A stretch of DNA of 64,000 nucleotides from the human T2T-CHM13v2.0 reference genome, Homo sapiens: NCBI RefSeq assembly GCF_009914755.1, contig NC_060937.1, one strand, 5' to 3'. Below the pieces are notes generated by a model, which saw only the letters and a list, made by a program, of their open reading frames with translations, was not told the origin of the DNA and did not search any database. Both the position numbers and the translations under genes were made by a program. This document shows, piece after piece, positions 38,991-51,135 of this stretch (position 1 is its first letter; each line of letters begins with the position of its first letter).

Positions 38991-40438
38991 ATTGATACAT
39001 TTCTTACTTTCACAGATATAGTAGTTTGAGAACAATATCAGTCTAGAAATAGTTGACCTGTTATTTGTTATACCTACACTACATATTGGCCATTGTGCCA
39101 CTAGGCGATGTAAAATCCCCACGTGCTGTGGCAATTATCTATTTATTGCATCTCATCAAATTCATTGTTTTTTACCTTACCTTATGATCCTTCAGTAAGA
39201 CTCTCCAAACAGTCCCTTGTTGAGATGTGGCTTGACATTAGTTTTTGTCATTAGAGCATCCTGAATGAAAACTGCAAGGATAATGGAGGAAATAATTTGG
39301 ATCTTGAATTCTTTCTGTGTCTGTCTGTCTCACTCTTTTTCTGTGTCTATCTCTTTCTTTTTTCTCCCCCTCTTCTTTTTTTTCCTAAATACATATAACA
39401 ATGCTTTCCTAAATATAAGTAAGTCTGCATATAATAAATTTATTAAATTATACTAACTAGGCCTTAAGTGCGCAGTAGAATGAACATGCAAGACTTTTTT
39501 TTTTAGATTTTAATAACCCTAAAATACAAAAATACAACTGCTATGTTTGCTTTTCTTCCTTGTCCTGCCTGTGCCATACAATTAACCATCATTGTGATGT
39601 TCATGGAGGCAAAGCACCAGGTCAGAGGTGAGTTGCATCAACTTTAGAAGCCAAAGTATGAAAAAGACTCTTTATTAAAAATTCACAAGAACAGATTAAT
39701 TTTTAAAATGCATACAGATTCTACAGGTAAGAACCTACCTGTCACACATAGATTATAAACATTGAGGATTTAGTTTATCAGTTTCCTAAGCATGCACCAA
39801 CCACTAAGGACAAACTTTATTACAGCACAATAAGTAAATGAATAATTTACCATGTAAAAAATATTTTCACCTTTTATCTAGAAAGATAAAATTTCTTGTA
39901 ATTGTGAGTAACATCTATTGCTCTTTTGAAATCCAATGGAAGTTAATTGTTGTGTTAAACAGGAAATCACCCAGGCTGAATGAGAGTCCTTCACTATTAA
40001 AAGCATCAATTAGAGTCAAGGATGATTGACTAAGCTATTAAATGCTGAAAATATGTCATTTAAAAGGTAGAAGTTAAAAGTGGATTTACAAAATCTATGA
40101 AATTGAGAACATTGAAGCTAGTGAAAATTGGAATAAATTACAAGGGATAAATTATTTAAAGATGAAACTAAATACCTGTGAATTTGGGACCTGTTGGTGA
40201 ACCTTTTAGAGGACACTGAACTGACCTTGCACATCTATAAAATTGATACAACTTTGAGAAATGAAATGTGGTTTTACCAGGATCAGAAATTCTGCTAACT
40301 ACATGACTCTATACATTTTATATATCTGAGATTGAGTTATAGGCAAGAAGGTAGACATATATAATTTACTTTCTTTCCCAGGGGAAAATTAAAATACAAA
40401 TGTATACAAAGAAAAAAAAATGATGAGCAGATACCAGG

Positions 40439-40793
40439 TAATATAGTTTGACTGTGTCCCCACTGAAATCGCAACTTGAATTGTATCTCCCAGAATTCTC
40501 ATGTGTTGTGGGAGGAAACCAGGGGGAGGTAATTCAGTCATGGGGGCTAGTCTTTCCCATGCTATTCTCATGATAGTGAACAAGTCTCACGAGGTCTGAT
40601 GGGTTTATCAGGGGTCTCCACTTTTGCTTCTTCCTTATTTTTCTTTTGCTGCCACCATGTAAGAAGTGCCTTTTGTCTCCCGCCATGATTCTGAGGCCCC
40701 CCAAGCCATGTGGAACTGTAAGTCCAATTAAACCTCTTTTTGTTCCCAGTTTTGGGTATGTCTTTATCAGCAGTGTTAAAATGAACTAATATA
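40439..40793 (+). mobile_element. THE1A MaLR solo LTR (355 bp)
   Basis: gggtttatcaggggt...ttttgcttcttcct...catgtaagaagtgcc diagnostics; 5-bp TSD ccagg / ctagg. Confidence 0.95.
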
Positions 40794-40929
40794 CTAGGCA
40801 AAGATATTTGCTTCTTCTCCCTTACTATATATGATAGCCAGTCTATGTAGACATTTATGTAAGTATTTGATTAAATATACAGATTTCATTTTCTTACTAA
40901 AAAAATTTATCTGATGCAAAAATAAATAA

Positions 40930-41165
40930 TAATAAGATATATCAAATTATTATTGTAGATATTTCAGGTGTACAACTTGACGATTTGCTCTATTCATTGG
41001 GAAACGACCATCAGAATCAATATAATTAACATTTCTATTACCTAAGATAAATACCTTTTTTATTTGTGTGATAACTTAGAATCTATTCTATTGACACATT
41101 TTAAGTATACCACACAGTATTGTTACCTCTAGTCACCTTGCTATATATTAGATCCCAGAACTCAC
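40930..41165 (-). mobile_element. L1MA8-10 type 3' end
   Basis: atatttcaggtgtacaac...aattaacat...cagtattgttacctctagtcaccttgctatatattagatcccagaact. Confidence 0.75.
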
Positions 41166-42718
41166 AGATTTTGGATATTTGATCATCAGTTGATGTACTC
41201 CTTGACCCACATCTGAATCAACTATTTTTGGTTTATTTCAGTAAGTGCAATGGATCTATGAATTTATAATTTAATAGATTTATATGATCAATCTATTAAA
41301 CTTATCATTTATATGATGACTGAGTTTCTTGCTCTCAGTAGAATAACAAAAAAAATTGTGTACGTTTTCGTTTGCATACAATATCTTCAGAGCAACCTCT
41401 AAATTGTAAGAAATAAATTCTACTAATGAAAACGGTATACATACTTGCTGAAAAAAAGATAAGACATGAATTTTAACTGACAAGGATTTAAATAGAAGAA
41501 TAATCCATTTACTTATAATAAATTTACTTCTGATAGAAATACATTTTGTAGTTAATATATTTTAAATATTAACTATATGATTAGTACTGACTAATATCTG
41601 TACAGATTCAGCCACTTGGTTTTTAAAGATCAAATAATTTTATTTATACACTCTAAAAAATACAGTGTTAGCACCCATTTCTAAGAAACTAAGAACACCA
41701 AATACATTAATTGCTTTAGAAAAAAATCTACAGTATTCTTTTGATAAATAAGACAGATTATTTAGTCACTAATTAGGAGTGTACTCTTATACAAGACTTT
41801 AACTTTGCACAAACTCTCAGTAAAGACTATTTATACAATGACAGCAAAGAATGTAAGTGCTTATTGTTTGAAAGATAAAAAAATGAAATAGATGTGCCCA
41901 TAACATTTATAATAGGAATATAAAAACAGCATATCTTGAATACAAAGTAATCCATGCATTTTGTAGAGTAAAATATGCAGGTGCATTAGAAAGAAAATAA
42001 TTGTACAGTATGTTAGAAACTGACATAAATTTCAAACCACTTAAGCAGAAAAAATAATATTAGAGTAATTTTAATAGATGAATAAATTTATATGATGACT
42101 GAGTTTCTTGCTCTAAGCCCTGATTTCTTAATTTGTTTTTGAATCCATTTAAAACATAAATTTAATTTCAAATATTATTTAAGAAACAGTAGATAATTCT
42201 GAATAAGATCTATGTTTAGCATGCTGAACTTGATCTACAAAGATTGAAGTTCAAATATTAAATGAATAAATAATCTGATTACTCTTTCAACATATATGAA
42301 CTGATGTGTTATCCTTATTTCTATAGCAATGTGCTACGAAGTATACATGCATGTACATATCTATTTATCTATATCTCTTAGAAAAATTATTTTAAAATAC
42401 CATATAATCATCAGTGAGCTGTTACATAATAGTAAATAAACAGCTCTTGGGGCAGGGGAGCTCCAAAACAATTTGCATGATTTTTCAATTTCCAAGCCAA
42501 TTTTTATGGCGGTTGTTACTCACCTTTCCACAATACCTGAACATTTAACAATCAGGTTTTGCAAGGCAATAACAAGTAGTTCCAGTATACCACTCTATGA
42601 TGTATACAATAAAAATGAAATGGAGAAATTTATCTATTGGTTGTTGTTAAATGTATTTAAAACATTTACAATAATTAATATTAGCAAATGAAAATAATGT
42701 TACTAAGCAAAACACAAT

Positions 42719-43007
42719 AAACCATCATTCTGAGCAAACTGTCGCGAGGACAGAAAACCAAACATCGCATGTTCTCACTCATAGGTGGGAATTGAATAAT
42801 GAGAACACTTGGACACAGGATGGGGAACATCACACGCCGGGGCCTGTTGTGGGGTGGGGGGAGTGGGGAGGGATAGCATTAGGAGATATACCTAATGAAA
42901 ATGACGAGTTAATGGGTGCAGCGCACAACATGGAGCATGTATACATATGTAACAAACCCACACATTGTGCACATGTGCCTTAGAACTTAAAGTATAATAA
43001 AAAAAAA
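42719..43007 (+). mobile_element. Short 5'-truncated L1PA4/L1PA5 3' end
   Basis: ggacagaaaacc, gaacacttggacac, ggagatatacctaatg, gacgagttaatggg, agaacttaaagtataataaaaa. Confidence 0.95.
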
Positions 43008-44085
43008 TGTGAATAGTATTCATAAAAACATAGAGGTCTTCAAATGTTTGACTTTACTTTGATATGCTATTTTCATCCATGTGTTTTTCGTCTAAAATTG
43101 TTATATTCCATAGTTATTTCTACCACTTTATTCTTTTTCTTTTTTTTCTATATTTCTTTATATTAGTTTTTAACTCTCCTCTATTGAAAATAAGACAATT
43201 TTAAAGAACAACAATCTGGCTCATTCAATTCTGCTATTTTTTTTAAGCTTCAACTCAGCGGTGTTTCTTTTAGTGACTCTATGGAAACACATTTCCCAAA
43301 ATATAGATATTTATTTTACATGACAAATATTCATATTTTTCTCCTTTTCAAGAATGACATGCTAATTGTTAGGAGTTTAACTTAACTCAAGTTTTCTCAA
43401 TATACTTTCTCATGCCTGGTCCATTTTATAGTCTGTCCCTTTAAAATTTGGTGTAAATACAATATGTCATTTATTATGGCGTTTCTTATTTATTTTTATT
43501 TAATAGATCCAAGAATTACCAAGATTTCTGGGTCCCTTCTTAATAAACAAAATTGAAAATTATGCACTTAAATAATCATATGCCTATATGTAGGCAGCAT
43601 GAATTAAAAATAAAGTTATCAATAATTTATAAAAATTAAGAAATTAAATAAATTGATAAATATAAATTAGATCATTTTATAGCATTTATTAATTTCTATA
43701 ATGTATTTCCTAAATGGGATGACATCCTGGTAATGACTACTCTTCTTGATTATGCAGAAAGTGTTTGTTGTAACAGAATTCTTCTACATAATGCAAACAT
43801 TTTATGAATACTGTGGTGTGGAACTATTATTTTGTTATTTTTATAGAATGTAAAAGAAAGTTTAGATATTCCCATATGTGATGGCCTGAATAAGATGGGT
43901 TAAAGACCTATATTTTAATGGAAATATTCCAAAAATAATAATGGGGACTAATTGAAAAATATCACACGATGTGGCATGTCCAAAACTGAGTGTTGTCACA
44001 GTGTCAAGATTTACAAGGTTTTATTAGGTTAACTTATTAAATAAGTAGGAGTTTTTGTTTTTTATGATATAACCATATTTCATAT

Positions 44086-44165
44086 TATGTATATGTGTGT
44101 ATGTGTGAATATGTGTGTGTATATATGTGAATATATGTTTAGTGTGTGTGTATATGTACATATAT
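44086..44165. repeat. (TG)/(TA) low-complexity tract
   Basis: Read directly. Confidence 0.85.
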
Positions 44166-45309
44166 TCTCCGCTGAATGCCTTATTTTTTATGAAAAACAT
44201 TCAACAGAGACATTTCACAATGAACACAAAATTGTTATTTAATATTTCATTAAGCTTACTTTGAACTTTGTAAGAAACCCAACATTCTATGATTCTAACT
44301 GACATCAGTCAGGAATGAGAGACTCATATAACACAATTTTTGATTTAGGTTTGCCGATGTTGATTATTAACTATGCCATCTTAATTGAAACTAATCAAAA
44401 ATCCATTTTTATGATGCATTTATTAGCAGCAACATTTCTGAAATGCGATACTCTAAATCTTAAAATGAATTTACAACATATAGGCTTACAACAAATAATA
44501 TTCATAATTATCTGATGATTGCATACCTTGTAATAATTTGGTCTGTTATTTTAAACTCAGTGTTTACTATACTGCACTTTAGTGTTAAACAATAATGTGA
44601 AATTGTCAGAAACACTAAAGGATCCAGAATATACTCTGGGAATTTGCATTGCTTATGTTTTTTAAAATTATAATTGTGAATGTATTTCATTCTAGTATCT
44701 TTCATAAAATTTTATCAATACAGGAAACCTAAAAAGTAATTAGTACTTGCTGGCAAAACTTTATGTATGAAAATGGTGAACAATAAAATTTATTTACTAC
44801 TTAATGCTAGTGAGAGCTAAGTATAATCCTCTATCAGTATGCCAAATTCATTTTAAAGTAAAACTGAAGTAATGTTTCTCCGTTTGCACAGAAGATAGCA
44901 TATCAGAAAGATTCTACCAACTCTTGGACCTTCTTTGTTGCATCTGTCTGCCATTGTTATCTGGAAGGCCTAAGCTGTGAGCCATAAGTTTTAGTAAACT
45001 AATACATTTATAAGATATAAAGCATCCCATCATTCACTTTGAATATATACAATATTTATTAATTAAATATACTTGTAACATTATGTCATATAAAACGTGT
45101 ATACTCTTCAGATATCATGATTTGCTACTTTTTATTTAGACAAGATCTTTCAAAAATCTTGCATAACAATATTCTCAGAAGATATCTATTATTATACCTA
45201 TAAAACTGCAAATATCCAAAATCAAGAGTGGTCCCTAATACACCTGTGTTTCTATATATAAGAATATAGTATTAGATTATATAAGCTATATTATAATATA
45301 TAATGTATA

Positions 45310-46090
45310 TTCTAACATCTTTTCAAATTCACTAATCTTTACTAGCATGATATCAAAATTATCAATTCCATACTGTGTATTTTTATCTCTGTCCTTGTAT
45401 TTTGGTTTTTAGAATACTTATGTCTTATATCTTTCATGACTCTGCCTAACATGGTCAAGCTTTCCCTTAAACCTCTTGACTATAAAGAATGTAGTTCTAA
45501 TTGGTTTAATGCAGTTGTTCACTTATTCTATCATGTGTTTCATTCCTGGTTCAGTTTCCACTGATTGATACTTTTCCTGCCTCAATCCAAGTCCAGTAAT
45601 TTTTGATAGTATTCCATACATTGCAAATTTTGCCTTGTTGGCAATTAGATATCTTAATGTTCCTATAAATATACATATGCTTTGTTCTGGGATGCAGTTG
45701 AGTTCTTTGGAGACGGTTTAATCTTTTGGGGTTTTGCATTTAAGATTATATTTTAGCAAAATCCTAGAGGCATTGACTAAGGCAAATGTTGAATCACTGT
45801 TGTGGCAAAATCCTGATTTCTCTACCTGATGGCCCATAAATTATGAGATTTTTCTAGACTGGCTAATGAAAATATCAATAATTCCATCCCTGGTGGGATC
45901 TGGGAAGTGTTCCCCCTAGTCCTTTTAGATCGTTCTTTCCCTGTCCTTGGTAGAATCCTCATATTCACACACTAACTGAAACCCAGTTTAAAAGTCCAGA
46001 AACCAGACACAGGAATGTAGAGGTCTCTGCAGCTACGTTCTGCCTGTACTCTATTCCGTGAACTCTAGTGCCTTTGCCTCCCCTGTTTCT
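45310..46090 (-). mobile_element. Ancient L1M (MC/MD-type) 5' UTR/ORF1 region
   Basis: ttcaaattcactaatcttt...gtaatttttgatagtattccatacattg...gttcctataaata...ctttgttctgggatgcagtt are antisense L1M 5'-region landmarks. Confidence 0.65.
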
Positions 46091-46889
46091 TCTTATTTTC
46101 AAGAAGCTAGAAATTATTCAATGTGACTCTCAATTTTTTCGTTTTTTTTAAAAACTGCAAATACAATACTACCCATAATAATTTCAATATATTTATTTAA
46201 TATTTATTTATCTACTGTTCAGTTCTTACAACAGCTTTTCCTGAGGATTAAGGCTTTGTCAGCTCTGACTGATGAAAACATCCTAAAATTATCAGGATTT
46301 GCCTTTTGGAATATGCAAAGAGAAATTAAATTATATAAATTATTTCATGAAAAATCAAATAATTGTCTACAAATGCTCTTAGTGTTTAATATAATCAATC
46401 CTGAGAAAATAAAGGCAAAAATAACAACTAATAAAAATGAGAATTTAAAAAAATGTGTACATACTCATCCTGCTATGAGCAAAAAGTCATTTTACTGAAG
46501 AGCCTAGAGGTAAAATTTTTAAACATCATAATCCCCAAATAACCCTTGATATCTTGATTCCTCATTTAGACAATAGTGTCATTTCCAAAATTTATGAAAC
46601 AGCTTTCACGTTTCATGTAATCACAATTGTTTTATGATTATGATTATTGCTATTTAATTCTTCCCCATAGGTATGTATGCATATCATACATGGTAAGCAA
46701 ATGGTGAAGACTTTGGTGACAAAATATACATCTCACATTTTTTTTAATTAGAGCAGAAAATGAGAAAGCTAATGAGTTACCCTGAAATTTGCAAATCTAA
46801 AATATTTATTTGGCAGATATATTTTAAACACATACATTATTTTATATTTTGCATACACATTTTCTTTGAACTCTAAGTTAAGAAACATA

Positions 46890-47636
46890 ATTTAGGAGTT
46901 CTGATCATGCCAGACATGCTTGTATTGAATATGTACTGAGCTGATAACAATAACCAACTCTAGATACAACATAAAAAGTAACTATTTAAGGAGACCCTAC
47001 AGGAAGGAACTATAGGGATACAACACTGAAAAAAGATAAGCAAACTCTGATGTGTCATACATAACTAGTCTCTCCTGAGAATACTTTCCAGGTTATAGGG
47101 CTTTATATTGCGGTATAAAGAAAAATAGAAAATAATACTTTTATTAAGATGTAGGAATAATATTAGGTCAATTTTTAAGGTTGTCAGAAGTGATGTAAAT
47201 TGAGAGAAGATTCCCAATTCTCCATCTCTTTCTTCCCTCAAGACAGAAGAGAGTCACAAAGAGTAGATACATAAAAGTTTCTCGACTCTATTTTGTACTC
47301 TTTTACTATTCATGCAAGTGTCAAAAATCCAAGGAATCCAGGAATAGCAGCTGAGATATAACTTTTTAGTCATAACCTGTGCAGAGAAAAAATAATTTGA
47401 GAAGTTCAAATCCCAGCCAAAGGAAGGGTTTGTTACAAAATCTCTGGCTTCCCAGTTAAAAGCAAGGATTACATATTCTAGGAGTGATCTCTGAACCAAA
47501 GGTTTTGCTGTAGAACAAAAGACCAGTCTCCACAAGCTTTCTTTATAAAACCAAAAGCCAAGCCTCCACCAGATCAAGGTAATCCTCTAGTAATTTATCT
47601 GTCAGGACAAAATTCAACATTCTTTCATGTAAGAAC
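46890..47636 (+). mobile_element. Ancient L1ME-type 5' UTR fragment
   Basis: gctgataacaataaccaactctagatacaacataaaaag...ctatttaagg; ends tcaaggtaatcctctagtaattta...acaaaattcaaca. Confidence 0.5.
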
Positions 47637-47845
47637 AGGCAAAATTAATTAATGTGTGGTAGAATTAAAATAAGAATAGCACTTGCTATTTGTTGGGAAG
47701 GGATAATGTTTGACTGTAAAAAACAGAAGATAAATTTCTGTGGTAGTAGAATTTTTTATATCTTACTCTACACCGTATATGTTTGTCAAAATTCATCAAG
47801 CTGAATTAAAGATCTCAGCATACACAAGTTAAACCTCAAAAAATA
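47637..47845 (+). mobile_element. L1ME-type 3' end
   Basis: aggcaaaattaattaatg...ttgactg...tttctgtggtagtagaa...tatatgtttgtcaaaattcatcaagctg...acctcaaaaaa. Confidence 0.65.
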
Positions 47846-48300
47846 TTTTATTAAATGTGAAACAAATTCAAGAGCAAATTTAAGACTTCATATTTATGTA
47901 GACTGGATATAGAATTCAAAACTATATAAATGTGTTTGCTTGTGTTTATGTATGTTGAGTTAAAACCAGTTAAAAGACTAGCTTGCCAAATCAAATCCAC
48001 ACAAAGGAACAATTTTACCAAAGTAAAATTTGATTATTAATTTCAAGGTTTCAAAAAACAAATAGACACAGGTAAAGAAGAGAGGTCTGGCACGTCTCAG
48101 ATGTCTCCTTCCTTCTGTGCTGGACATGTGTTCTCTGGGAAGGAACAGTAAGCAAAGTTTTTAATGAGATCCTGAATCAACTCAGACAGCAGGAAAATTT
48201 ATGTAATAAGACCTCTCCATTTCAATCCAGCAAATTGACTAGTTACATAACATTTGCTCTAGAAATGTGCATAGATTGCAGGTCTATTTGTGAGAAACAG

Positions 48301-50395
48301 GAAAACCGGCCCAAGACAAGAATGCCCTCTCTCACCACTCGTATTCAACATAGTATTGGAGGCCTGGCCTGGACAATAAGGCAAGAGAAAGAAACAAAGA
48401 GCATCCAGATAGGAAGAGAAGAAGTTAAACTATCCCAGTTTCTGGAAGACATGATTCTATATCTAGAAAATCCCATAGTCTCAGCTCAAAAGCTCCTTAG
48501 GCTGGTAAACAACTACAGCAAAGTCTTGGGATACAAAATCAATGTGCAAAAGCCACTAACGTTTTTATACACCAACAAAAGTCAAGCCAAGAGCCAAATC
48601 AGAAGCATACTACCATGTACAATGGCCACAGAAAGAATAAAGTACCTAGGAATACAGCTAACTTGAGAGGTAAAAGACCTCTGCAAGGAGTACTACAAAC
48701 TACTGCTCAACAAAATCACGGATGACACAAACAAATGGAAAAACATTCCATGCTCATGGATAGGAAGAATCAATGTTATTAAAATGGCCATACTGCCCAA
48801 ATATTATTAACATTTGTAGATTTAATGCTATTCCTATTAAACCACCATTGGTGTTCTTCACTGAACTAGAGAAAACTATTTTAAAATTTTTATGGAACCA
48901 AAAATGAGCCCAAATAGCCAAGCCAATCCTAAGCTAAAAGAACAAAGCTGGAGGCATCGTGCTACCTGACTTTAAACTATACTACAGGGCTACAGTAACC
49001 TAAACAGCATGGTACTGCTGTTTAAAGAATAGACACATATACTAATGGAACAGAATAGAAAACCCAGAAATACAACTGCATACCTACAACTATCTGGTCT
49101 TTAACAAACCTGACAAAATCAAGCAATGAGGAAAGGTTTCTCTATTCAATAAATGGTGCTGGGATAACTGGCTAGCCATATGCAGAGGTTTGAAACTGGA
49201 CACCTTTGTTACACCATATACAAAAATTAACTCAAGATGGATTAAAGATTTAAATGTAAAACCCAAAACTAAAAAAACACTCTGGAAAACAACCTAGGCA
49301 ATACCATACCACTCTGGAAATAGAAATGGGAAAGAAATCATGACAAGGATGCCAGAAGCAATTGCAACAAAAGCAAAAACTGACAAATGAGATCTAATTA
49401 AACTAAAGAGCTTCTGCACAGCAAAGCAAACTATCAACAGAATGAGCAGACATCCTACAGAATGGTAGAAAATATTTCTACATTTGCATGCAATGCACTT
49501 GACAAAGGTCTAATATACAGCATCTATAAGGAACTTAAATTTGAAGCCCAAAACAGAAACCCCCATTTAAAAGTGGGCAAAGGACATGAATAGACATTTC
49601 TTAAAAGAAGACAACATGTGGCCAACAATCATATAAATAAAAGCTCAACATCACTGATCATTTGAGAAATGCAAATCAAAACAACAATGAGATATCTCAC
49701 ACCAGTGAGAATAACTATTATTAAAAAGTCAAAATAACAGATGCAGGCTGTGGGGAAAAAGGAATGCTTATCCACTATTGGTCAGAGAGTAAATTAGTTC
49801 AACCATTGTAGAAGACAGTGTGGTGGTTCTTCTGAGACTTAAAGACAGAAATACCATTCATCTCAGCAATCCCATTACTAGGTATATACCCAAAGGAATA
49901 TAAATCATTCTGTTATAAAGACACGTGCACACATATGTTCATTGCAGCGCTATTCACTACAGCAAAGATATGGAATCAGCCTAAACACTGGTCAATGATA
50001 GACTGGATAAAGAAAATGTATCACAATACATCTACACCATGGAATACTATGCAGCCATAAAAAAAAGAATGAGATCATGTCCTTTGCAGGGACATGGATG
50101 GAGCTGGAGGCCGTTATCCTTAGCAAAGTAATACAGGAACAGAAAACCATGTACTGCATGGTTTCACTTATAAGTGGAACTAAATGATGAGAACACATGG
50201 ACACGTAGAGGGGAAAAACACACAATGAGGCCCATCAGAGGGTGGACAGTGGGAGCAGGGAGAGGATCAGGAAAAATAACTAATGAGTATTAGGCTTAAT
50301 ACCTGAGTGATGAAATAATCTGTATTAACAAACCCCCATGACACGAGTTTACTTATATAACAAACCTGCACATGTACCTCTTAAATTAAAAAGAT
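48301..50395 (+). mobile_element. 5'-truncated L1PA13/L1PREC2-like element (about 2.1 kb)
   Basis: ORF2 RT peptide [20 protein letters not shown]...DMILYLENP...YLGIQLT; 3' UTR agggagaggatcaggaaaaataactaatg...aacaaacccccatgacac. Confidence 0.95.
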
Positions 50396-50825
50396 AAACA
50401 ATCATAAACCATGAACATATTAGTTGGAATATTTCATAGATACAGACTATCTCCTAGAAAATATTGTTTACCTTGAAGTCCAGTTATCAGGCTACAGCAG
50501 CATTGGACTAGACCACTGTATTTTCTTTCCCCTGAGAGTGCCTCTTCACCTAACTGGGAATAAATGAACCACAGGTCAGCTGCTTAATCCCCTTCCTTCC
50601 CAGTTTTTATACTAAAATAAATCGCTTAATAATAAATACCCCCATTTTATTGCCTTTTTTTATTTTGCTAGGATCAACTTGTAAATCATTTTTTATTTTT
50701 ACCCAATTTTAGTGCCAAACTAAACCTGAATACATATAAAGAAATCCATTATTTAAGAGCTCACATGCAGCATAAGTAGTCCTGAAATATGTGTGCAATA
50801 AAGTTTTTTAAAATTTTTATGACTT

Positions 50826-51135
50826 GGCCGGGCTTAGTGGCTTATGCCTGTAATCCCAGCACTTTGGGAGGCTGAGGCGGGCAGATCATCTGAGGTCGGG
50901 AATTCGAGACCAGCCTGACCGACATGGAGAAACTCCGTCTCTACTAAAAATACAAAACTAGCCGGGCATGGTGGCTCATGCCTGTAATCTCAGCTACTCA
51001 GGAAGGCTGAGGCAGGAGAATTGCCTTGAACCGGGAGGCGGAGGTTGCGGTGAGTCGGGATCGCTCCACTGCACTCCAGCCTGGGCAATAAGAGCGAAGC
51101 TCCGTCTCAAAAAAAAAAAAAAAAAAAAAAAAAAA
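50826..51135 (+). mobile_element. AluSp
   Basis: gaggtcggga, cctgacc.acatggagaaa, ggttgcggtgag and gcaa.aagagcgaa diagnostics; A27 tail; short TSD gactt. Confidence 0.96.

Noticed and set aside
48235-48666. 143-aa ORF as a novel chimeric gene
   Set aside because: It begins at a non-ATG codon, and most of it is the L1 ORF2 RT region of a truncated dead element.
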